Of a stretch of DNA of 24,463 nucleotides, positions 1 to 7,003 are shown piece by piece (within the stretch, counting starts at the first letter, position 1; every line of letters begins with the position of its first letter). The stretch is from the IMG/VR virus record IMGVR_UViG_3300044448_000080, positions 1 through 24,463 of that record; one strand, 5' to 3'. This stretch comes from a virus (taxonomy: Duplodnaviria > Caudoviricetes). The notes beneath the pieces were generated by a model. The model ran no database searches and was not told the origin of the DNA. It saw nothing but the letters and a program-made list of their open reading frames with translations. A program made the position numbers and the translations under genes.

Positions 1-1
1 A

Positions 2-517
2 AATAAGATCAAAGGAAACCCAAGCAATCCTCGAATAATTAAGAATGATAAATTCAAGAAGTTAGTTAAGTCTATTAGGGAGTTCCCTGAGATGTTAAAA
101 CTTAGACCTATTGTAGTAGATGAAGATATGATTGTCTTAGGTGGCAATATGAGATTAAAGGCAAGTAAAGATGCAGGGCTTAAAGAAGTATGGATAGAAA
201 TAGCAGAAGGACTTACTGAAGAACAAAAGAAAGAATTTATAGTAAAAGACAATGTAGGTTTTGGAGAATGGGAATGGGATATACTTGCCAATGAATGGGA
301 TAGTGTACAACTTGCTGAATGGGGATTAGATGTGTGGCAGAATGAAGATGACTTAGAAGAACCTGATTTTAATGAATTAACAGATGATAGTAAAAAAGAT
401 GCAGTTATTAAAATAACATTTAAAAATGAAGAACATTTAGAAGATGCAGAAAAAGAAATAGCAAACATAGTAAGTAAATATGAAAAAGCATTTTATTCAG
501 TTAGTTCAGAAAAGTGA
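2..517 (+). CDS. ParB/Sulfiredoxin-like N-terminal domain protein (5' truncated)
   Basis: The frame is open from position 2 (NKIKGNPSNPRIIKNDKFKKLVKSIREFPEMLKLRPIVVDE...LGGNMRLKA). The NPR, PIVVD and GxxR motifs fit ParB-N, so the true start lies upstream of the window, not at 92. Confidence 0.8.
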   Translation, partial: NKIKGNPSNPRIIKNDKFKKLVKSIREFPEMLKLRPIVVDEDMIVLGGNMRLKASKDAGLKEVWIEIAEGLTEEQKKEFIVKDNVGFGEWEWDILANEWDSVQLAEWGLDVWQNEDDLEEPDFNELTDDSKKDAVIKITFKNEEHLEDAEKEIANIVSKYEKAFYSVSSEK

Positions 518-1098
518 GATTAGAAAAAGCTTCATACAAGGCAGTTAAGTATGCCTGTCTTAAATTTCATTATGCTAAGACAGTTCCTGTAACTAATATA
601 TCATATTCAGTGTTTAATAATAAGAATGAATGGTGTGGTGTTATTTGTTATGGTTTAGGTGCAAATTATAGATTAGGCAGTACTTATGGAGTAGTGTCAG
701 GACAATTTTTAGAATTAACTAGAATGGCTTTAAATGGAAAGCAAGAAAGTACAAGTAAGGCAATGGCAATATCTATTAAACTATTAAAGAAACATAAACC
801 TTTAGTAAGGCTTCTAATTAGCTATGCAGATAAAGGACAAAAACATTTAGGTATAATTTACCAAGCTACAAATTGGTTTTTTGTAGATGAAAGTAGAAGT
901 AGTGGATGGGAGATATTTTACAAAGGGAAATGGAGACATGACAGAATCTTGACATCATTATCAAACCAAATAAAAAATAACATTCAAAAAAGAAGAAAGT
1001 CAGGAAAATTTAAATATATATATCCACTAACAAAAGAATTAAAAGATAGGTGTTTAGAATTAAAAAAACCATATCCTAAAAATGCGAGTAAAGCATAA
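514..1098 (+). CDS. mom: Mom-like DNA adenine-modification enzyme (GNAT fold)
   Basis: Motifs FHY, GVICYGxGA, LELTRM, LISYADxGQxHxGIIYQATNW and a C-terminal KYIYPL...PYPK match Mom-family proteins. GTGA overlap with the upstream stop. Confidence 0.8.
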   Translation: MRLEKASYKAVKYACLKFHYAKTVPVTNISYSVFNNKNEWCGVICYGLGANYRLGSTYGVVSGQFLELTRMALNGKQESTSKAMAISIKLLKKHKPLVRLLISYADKGQKHLGIIYQATNWFFVDESRSSGWEIFYKGKWRHDRILTSLSNQIKNNIQKRRKSGKFKYIYPLTKELKDRCLELKKPYPKNASKA

Positions 1099-1158
1099 AG
1101 AGTAATGCGTTGGCTATTCCAAGTCAAAGAAGGGGTGCAATTCCACCTACTCGCTCAA
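1084..1158 (+). tRNA. Atypical tRNA-Gly(TCC)-like element
   Basis: Acceptor GCGAGTA (1084-1090)/TACTCGC (1148-1154); D stem GCAT/ATGC; anticodon stem TTGGC/GTCAA with 8-nt loop TATTCCAA; T arm GGGG-TGCAATT-CCACC with a bulged A; discriminator T1155; CAA instead of CCA. Confidence 0.75.
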
Positions 1159-1168
1159 AATATAAAAA

Positions 1169-1522
1169 ATGGAACAAAATAGAACAAAGATTAACAAAGA
1201 GAGGTTGTTAAAAGCATTAGAAAGTTCACTAGGAGTAATAACTACAGCATTAAAGGTTTGTGATTTATCAAGAACAAACTTCTATAAGTGGTTAAAAGAA
1301 GATGAAGAATTTAAAGCAAAAGTAGAAGAAATAGAAAACATACAAAAAGACTTTATTAAGTCAAAGTATTATGAATGTGTAAAAGACAAAGTGCCTTCAG
1401 TTGTTATACACGCAGCTAAGACACGACTTGGTTGGAACGAAACAAATAGAGTAGATATAACGTCAGGCGATAAAGCTATTAATATGCCTGTTATAACATT
1501 TGTTGAAACTGATACTGAATAA
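1169..1522 (+). CDS. terS: Terminase small subunit (HTH)
   Basis: N-terminal HTH (GVITTALKVCDLSRTNFYKWLKEDEEF), C-terminal VDITSGDK motif, overlaps terL. Confidence 0.7.
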   Translation: MEQNRTKINKERLLKALESSLGVITTALKVCDLSRTNFYKWLKEDEEFKAKVEEIENIQKDFIKSKYYECVKDKVPSVVIHAAKTRLGWNETNRVDITSGDKAINMPVITFVETDTE

Positions 1523-2711
1523 AAAATATAATCCGCTATTTGAATCAGATGCTCGTTATTTTATAATAACAGGCGGTAGGGGATCAGGTAAATCTTTTGC
1601 TGTCACAGTATTTCTTACTTTACTTACAATGACTAAAGGAATAAGGATATTGTTTACAAGGTTTACAATGACATCAGCTCATTTATCAATCATTCCTGAA
1701 TTCTTAGAAAAGATAGGCCTACTAGGATTTGAAGATGTCTTTAGTATTAACAAAGCAGAAGTATTAAACACAAGCAATCAATCAGACATTCTATTTAGAG
1801 GTATTAGAACTTCAGCAGGAAATCAAACAGCCAGTTTAAAGTCTTTGCAAGGAATAAGTTGTTGGGTATTAGATGAAGCCGAAGAACTTATTGATGAAGA
1901 TATATTTGATACTATTGATTTAAGTATTAGAGAAAAGGATATACAGAATAGGATCATACTTATATTGAATCCTGTTACGAAGGAGCATTGGATTTATGAT
2001 AGGTTCTTTCAGAGCAAAGGCGTAGAAGGGGGTTTTAATGGCATTAAAGACAATATATGTTATATCCATAGTACATACCTAGACAACAAAGATAATCTCT
2101 CTAAGAGCTTCCTAGACCGTATTAAGAGCATAAAACATAATAACTTTAAAAAGTACCAGCATAAGATTCTTGGTGGCTGGTTAGATAAAGCCGAAGGAGT
2201 GGTCTTTGAGAATTGGAGTATTGGTGAATTTAATCCTGATGGACTTCAAACATCTTGTGGAATGGACTTTGGCTTTAGTGTAGACCCTGATAGTTTAACT
2301 GAAGTTGCTATTGATAAAAAGAAAAGAAAGATTTATTTAAAAGAGCATATCTATAAAAATGGATTAAAATCACAAGAACTTGCTCAGATTGTTTTAGATA
2401 AAGTAGGTGATAAACTTATAATTGCTGATAGTGCCGAACCAAGACTGATTGCGGATCTTAGGCATTTAGGAGTTAATATCAAGCCAGTTAAAAAAGGAAC
2501 TATTGAAAGCGGTATAACTCGTATGCAAGATTTTGAATTAGTGATAACCCCTGAATCAACTAACATAGCAAAGGAGCTGAATAATTATGTGTATGCAGAT
2601 AAGGGTTCTAAATTATATCATGATTCATATAACCATGCAATAGATTCTGCAAGATATTGTATAATATACCATTTAGATAATCCTAATGCAGGGAAGTATT
2701 TTGTGCAATAA
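1500..2711 (+). CDS. terL: Terminase large subunit (PBSX/SPP1-like)
   Basis: Walker A GGRGSGKS, Walker B WVLDEAEE, motif III LNP, nuclease GMDFGFSVDP, DSAEP and NHAIDSARY. The exact start is uncertain. Confidence 0.95.
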   Translation: MLKLILNKKYNPLFESDARYFIITGGRGSGKSFAVTVFLTLLTMTKGIRILFTRFTMTSAHLSIIPEFLEKIGLLGFEDVFSINKAEVLNTSNQSDILFRGIRTSAGNQTASLKSLQGISCWVLDEAEELIDEDIFDTIDLSIREKDIQNRIILILNPVTKEHWIYDRFFQSKGVEGGFNGIKDNICYIHSTYLDNKDNLSKSFLDRIKSIKHNNFKKYQHKILGGWLDKAEGVVFENWSIGEFNPDGLQTSCGMDFGFSVDPDSLTEVAIDKKKRKIYLKEHIYKNGLKSQELAQIVLDKVGDKLIIADSAEPRLIADLRHLGVNIKPVKKGTIESGITRMQDFELVITPESTNIAKELNNYVYADKGSKLYHDSYNHAIDSARYCIIYHLDNPNAGKYFVQ

Positions 2712-2746
2712 AAAAAGGGGCAAGAACAAAAATCTTAACCCCTTTT
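2710..2746. terminator. Bidirectional intrinsic terminator-like hairpin
   Basis: AAAAGGGG-C-AAGA...TCTT-AA-CCCCTTTT directly after the terL stop; 4 U on the + strand and 7 U on the - strand. Confidence 0.6.
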
Positions 2747-2817
2747 AAAACAAGATAATGAAAAGCGTGGCAAATATATAAGAATAAATGAAACAATAAA
2801 CTATTTTTAATAAATTT

Positions 2818-2827
2818 CTATTATATA
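2818..2827 (+). promoter_or_regulatory. Putative late-promoter core CTATTATATA
   Basis: Same 10-mer as at 12623, 13357 and 15746; 4 nt before ATG 2832. Lacks the exact upstream CAAATAAA box. Confidence 0.55.
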
Positions 2828-2831
2828 ATAT

Positions 2832-3473
2832 ATGAAAGTGAAGATTAAGAAGAAGGGTAAAGAAAAAGAGTTTAAATTAATTAGCAAATGGGAGGATGTT
2901 ACGCTTGAAAAATGGATAAAGCTAGTAAATTTTAAAGAAGAAGCAAAGACTGATGAAGCATTAATAACTATCACAGCCTTATCTAATATTCCTAAAGATT
3001 TGGTAAGTCAATTGGCTTTAAGGGATGTGGTGGTGATAATGGATAGATTAGCAGAGCTACAAGCAGAAACAGATAGTTCTTTGAAAAAGATAATAAAGGT
3101 GCAGGGAAAGGAGTATGGCTTTCATCCTGATTTAGAAGCTATCACTTTAGGTGAATATGCAGATTTAGAGCAGTTTATAAAGTTAGGGATTGAAGACTAC
3201 TTGCCTGAAATAATGGCTATTCTTTATAGACCGATAATTGAAAGGGAGGGTGATCTGTACACTATTAAGGCGTATGATGGTAATATAAAGTTAAGGGCGG
3301 AGAAAATGAAAAAGATGTCAGCAGTTCAAGTGCAAAATGCACTGGTTTTTTTTTATCATTTAGGGAAAGAGTTATTAATGACTACCGAATTATCTTTGAA
3401 GGAACGCCAGAAGGAAATGAAAAAGCAATTGCATCTGAAACCTTTGCAGAAAAATGGGGATATTTTGGAATAA
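2832..3473 (+). CDS. Putative tail assembly chaperone (G-like, zero-frame product)
   Basis: Helical 213-aa protein (ITLGEYADLE...IMAILYRP) containing a T9 slippery run at 3346-3354. Confidence 0.55.
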   Translation: MKVKIKKKGKEKEFKLISKWEDVTLEKWIKLVNFKEEAKTDEALITITALSNIPKDLVSQLALRDVVVIMDRLAELQAETDSSLKKIIKVQGKEYGFHPDLEAITLGEYADLEQFIKLGIEDYLPEIMAILYRPIIEREGDLYTIKAYDGNIKLRAEKMKKMSAVQVQNALVFFYHLGKELLMTTELSLKERQKEMKKQLHLKPLQKNGDILE

Positions 3474-3610
3474 TGTATAGATTATGCAATGCAGACATTT
3501 CAAAGTTAGAAAAGATAACAAAGCTTAACTTATTAGAAGCATTTACTTGGTTAAGCTATGAAACAGATTTAGAAACACAAAACAAAGTACAAAGACATGA
3601 TAGCAAATAA
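3353..3610 (+). CDS. -1 frame extension (GT-like) of the chaperone gene
   Basis: Open for 85 codons after the T9 run: LSFRERVINDYRIIFEG...FAEKWGYFGIMYRLCNADISKLEKITKLNLLEAFTWLSYETDL...DSK*. Fills the 3474-3596 gap. Confidence 0.7.
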   Translation, partial: LSFRERVINDYRIIFEGTPEGNEKAIASETFAEKWGYFGIMYRLCNADISKLEKITKLNLLEAFTWLSYETDLETQNKVQRHDSK

Positions 3611-4127
3611 GACATTTAACAATGCAATAGACACCTTAAAACAATTAGGTGTTGAGCATGAACAAATAGCAACTACAACAACAGGGGATATTTGGAAAAT
3701 TGATCTTGCTAAAAATACTTTGTTTCCTTTGTTTCATATCAATCCCGTAAATGTAGAAACAGGGCAATCTACTCTGACCTATAATTTTCAACTATTTGTT
3801 ATGGATGCTGTAACGGAAAAAGAGAATTGGACAGAAGCTAACATACAGTCAGCAAATTATCTAAGCAATGAGCAAGAGGTTATGTCAAGTTGTTTACAAA
3901 TTTGCACCGACATTATAGGAATGATGCGACATAGTAAATGGCAAGGAGCAGGGGAACTAGATATTGATGCCCCTGTTTATTTTACAGAAGGTGAATATAC
4001 TTTAGAGCCTTTTCAAGAACGCTTTGACAATCTTTTAACAGGCTTTGTGTTCTCAATAGGCATAGTAGTTCAGAATGACTTTCAAACTTGCACAATACCT
4101 GTTGCAGATAATCCAATAGGGAAATAA
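3597..4127 (+). CDS. Putative tail terminator/completion protein
   Basis: 176 aa with FPLFHINP...YNFQLFVMD...EPFQERFDN; beta-rich pattern and tail-module position. Confidence 0.45.
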   Translation: MIANKTFNNAIDTLKQLGVEHEQIATTTTGDIWKIDLAKNTLFPLFHINPVNVETGQSTLTYNFQLFVMDAVTEKENWTEANIQSANYLSNEQEVMSSCLQICTDIIGMMRHSKWQGAGELDIDAPVYFTEGEYTLEPFQERFDNLLTGFVFSIGIVVQNDFQTCTIPVADNPIGK

Positions 4128-4192
4128 TGAAATTCAAAATAGGAAAATATACAATAGAAATAGGATTTTTTAAAATAACAATTAAATTATGA
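4127..4192 (+). CDS. 21-aa micro-ORF MKFKIGKYTIEIGFFKITIKL
   Basis: TAATG overlap upstream and ATGA overlap downstream; fills the gap exactly. Confidence 0.5.
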   Translation: MKFKIGKYTIEIGFFKITIKL

Positions 4193-4539
4193 AATACGAG
4201 GAGTTATTAGAAAAATTAGAATCAATAAGTATTGAGTTAGAAACTTACAATGACTACCCAAAGTCAGCTACTAATAATGCAAAAAAAGCGAGAAAGTGGA
4301 AAGAGGAAAACGGAAGTGATTGTGGTACTCGTGTTGGCTGGACTCGTAGTTCACAATTAGCAAATAGAGAAAATATAAGTAGAGATACAATAGCAAGAAT
4401 GGCGTCATTTAAAAGGCATCAACAATACAAAGACGTTCCTTATTCAGAAGGGTGTGGGGGGTTAATGTGGGATGCTTGGGGAGGTACAAGTGGTGTGGAG
4501 TGGGCAATAAATAAATTAAAACAAATAGATAAAAAATAA
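4189..4539 (+). CDS. Conserved phage protein (YNDYP...CGT.VGW.R...LMWDAWGG domain)
   Basis: Intact ORF with a recognisable motif I recall from head-morphogenesis-associated proteins; function unknown. Confidence 0.55.
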   Translation: MKYEELLEKLESISIELETYNDYPKSATNNAKKARKWKEENGSDCGTRVGWTRSSQLANRENISRDTIARMASFKRHQQYKDVPYSEGCGGLMWDAWGGTSGVEWAINKLKQIDKK

Positions 4540-4544
4540 AAATT

Positions 4545-4994
4545 ATGGCAGATTTAACAACAACGATAACCGAGAGTGTCGTCTTAAACGGATCAACAAG
4601 AGGTTCAACAAATGTACTTACAACTACTGGAATAGTAGATGTATTTGAAAGAATACTAACTTGCACTCATTCTCAAACAACAACAGTAGCAGTATTTAAT
4701 TCTACACCACATGGCGCAGATGGTGCTTTGGATGTAGAGAATTGTAAATACTTTAGAATAACTAATTTAAGTGCAGACGAAGATATGAAGGTTGCCTTTG
4801 TAACAGCAGCGACGAATTATCAAGTAACTGTAAGAGCAGGGGGTTCTCATATTTTATTTCAAGCAGAAGAGGCTCTTATTGCAGAAGCTGATACAACACC
4901 TAACTTCCCTACACTAGAAGATTTAGTAACTGTTGAAGTAAGACCTGCAGCTACAACTGATGTACAAGTAGAAGTATTTGCAGCCCTTGTATAA
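4545..4994 (+). CDS. Hypothetical virion protein
   Basis: Thr/Val-rich beta protein with an A-rich leader, in the structural operon. Confidence 0.5.
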   Translation: MADLTTTITESVVLNGSTRGSTNVLTTTGIVDVFERILTCTHSQTTTVAVFNSTPHGADGALDVENCKYFRITNLSADEDMKVAFVTAATNYQVTVRAGGSHILFQAEEALIAEADTTPNFPTLEDLVTVEVRPAATTDVQVEVFAALV

Positions 4995-5563
4995 TGGAAA
5001 CCAAAAATGTTGAACGGTATTTAAAGTCGTTTGGTGAAGAGGTTATCAGAGGAGCTAGGAAAAACTTATCATCAGCAGGAAAAGGTGGTGGTAATTTAGA
5101 AAAGTCGCTAGAGTTTAAAGTTGTTCCTTCCAAAAATGGATTTGCAGTGCAGTTCTTTATGGCGGAGTATGGTGAATATGTAGATAAGGGAGTTAAAGGC
5201 GCAGGTGGTGAAATTAAGAGTGGAAAACATAAAGGAACTTGGGGTGGTCGTAGGCATTACATAACTTATGAAGGGAAAAGAAAAGATAGCCCTTATAAAT
5301 TTGGAAGTGGCAAGGGAACAGGAAGTATTTATAAAGGCATCGGTTCTTTTATCAAAAAGAAAGGATTACAGCCAAGAAGTGAAGGAGGGCAATATATGAC
5401 AACAGTAGGACTTAAAATAGCAATAGTGAAAGTATTATGGACAAAAGGAATACATGGTATTAGTTTCTTTCAGAAGCCTTTAGGTGAAGTGTGGAAAGGT
5501 GCAGGTGAAAACTTTTTGGACGCATTAGCAGAAGATATTAAAAATTCAATAAAAGTAAATTAA
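4994..5563 (+). CDS. Putative neck/tail-completion protein (HK97 gp10-like)
   Basis: Basic protein with GNLEKSL, YGEYVDKGVKG and a C-terminal GIHGISFF motif. Confidence 0.5.
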   Translation: METKNVERYLKSFGEEVIRGARKNLSSAGKGGGNLEKSLEFKVVPSKNGFAVQFFMAEYGEYVDKGVKGAGGEIKSGKHKGTWGGRRHYITYEGKRKDSPYKFGSGKGTGSIYKGIGSFIKKKGLQPRSEGGQYMTTVGLKIAIVKVLWTKGIHGISFFQKPLGEVWKGAGENFLDALAEDIKNSIKVN

Positions 5564-5569
5564 AAAGAT

Positions 5570-7003
5570 ATGGCATTAACTTTATTACAACAACCTTTAA
5601 GTTTTCTTAATGGGGGGCAATTCACTAGGATCCCTGTCGGGCAACAATTAATGTTTAGCGTAGCAGATACAAACATAGTAGCTAATTATTATAATGTAAA
5701 GTATCTAATGGAAGTTTATGTAACCACAGCTACTGATTATACTATATTAACTCCTGAAACAAGGATAGGAACTTTTAAAACCACTCCTAATAATGCAGGT
5801 TCAGGAGTGTTTGATTTAAGACCTGTATTAGAATCTTTTGTGTCACCCGACCATGAAGCAATGGGAGATACAACCTACAAACTTGACGACAAAATTGAAC
5901 CTCCCATACATTTAATTGATAGATTCTCAATGAGTGAAAATAATTTTAAATACTTTGCTGTAAAATTTTATTCCGAATACTCTTTATCTCCTGCAAGTGC
6001 AATCATCACTTCTAATGCTCTCAATGCGACTGCTATTTGGGGAATCTTTAATGGGGTGGTATATCAAAACAATCCTCTTACTTTAGATGGTGGAAATTAT
6101 GGATACGATATGACTAAATTTACTTTCTATAATAGTAATGCGTTGCAATTTTTAAGTAATGCGCCTACCACTCAATATGCAAGACCAACTGACTATGGAA
6201 CTTTCCCAATGTTAAATTGGACTGGAACGGCAATAGGAACTGGCTCAGACCCTATCAATAGAATTAATTTCGCCTTCTATAATTCTAGTGGTGCTTTGAT
6301 AGCGACTTATGCTAACTTTAATCTAACGACAACAGGAGGTACAGGGAGTACTAATATATCGCCAGCAGGAGGCATTCTATATTATGGGGCTTTTCCTGCA
6401 AACCTAAGACAGCATAATTCTGGACTTGAAACCATATTTTCGGGAGGAAGTATTGATGGTGGTTACTATACAGTACAAGTGGAAAACACTAATGCTGAAG
6501 CGAGTGTGGTATATACAATCAATCTTATTTGTCCGAATGCAAAAAACTATGAAGGCATTAGATTAACCTGGCTTAATCAATGGGGTACTTGGGATTACTA
6601 TACTTTCACAATGAAATCTACTAGGTCTGTTTCAACTAAAAGAATACCTTACACTCAACAAAGTGGAACTTGGAATGAAAGCACTTTTAAGATAAAAGGA
6701 TGGAAAGGAGGTAAGAAAAATTTTAGAGTAAACTCAACTGAAAAGATTAAAATAAACACTGACTTCGTTACTGAAGAAGAAGGAGCATGGTTTGAAGAAT
6801 TAATCAATAGCACAGAAGTTTATATAGTTAAGGAATTGGATGGAACAGAAACAACCCCTTTTGATACAATAACTAATAAATATATAGAGCCAGTTACTGT
6901 GACGACTTCTAACTATACAAGAAAGACAATTGCAAATGACAAACTTATGCAATATACTTTTGAAATTGAAAAGGGTAAAATGCAAAGAACACAATCTGTA
7001 TAA
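5570..7003 (+). CDS. Tail-tip/distal tail structural protein
   Basis: C-terminal RLTWLNQWGTWDYYTF...INTDFV...WFEELINSTEVY domain; TAATG-coupled to the next gene. Confidence 0.55.
   Translation: MALTLLQQPLSFLNGGQFTRIPVGQQLMFSVADTNIVANYYNVKYLMEVYVTTATDYTILTPETRIGTFKTTPNNAGSGVFDLRPVLESFVSPDHEAMGDTTYKLDDKIEPPIHLIDRFSMSENNFKYFAVKFYSEYSLSPASAIITSNALNATAIWGIFNGVVYQNNPLTLDGGNYGYDMTKFTFYNSNALQFLSNAPTTQYARPTDYGTFPMLNWTGTAIGTGSDPINRINFAFYNSSGALIATYANFNLTTTGGTGSTNISPAGGILYYGAFPANLRQHNSGLETIFSGGSIDGGYYTVQVENTNAEASVVYTINLICPNAKNYEGIRLTWLNQWGTWDYYTFTMKSTRSVSTKRIPYTQQSGTWNESTFKIKGWKGGKKNFRVNSTEKIKINTDFVTEEEGAWFEELINSTEVYIVKELDGTETTPFDTITNKYIEPVTVTTSNYTRKTIANDKLMQYTFEIEKGKMQRTQSV

Noticed and set aside
92-517. 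ATG at 92 as the gene start
   Set aside because: The frame and the ParB motif extend to the window edge.
1084-1158. Canonical decoding tRNA-Gly, or an attachment-site remnant
   Set aside because: It lacks U8, D-loop GG, TTC and a 7-nt anticodon loop. There is no integrase or host boundary nearby and the whole cloverleaf is present. A +1 frameshift-suppressor role of the 8-nt loop cannot be excluded but is unsupported.
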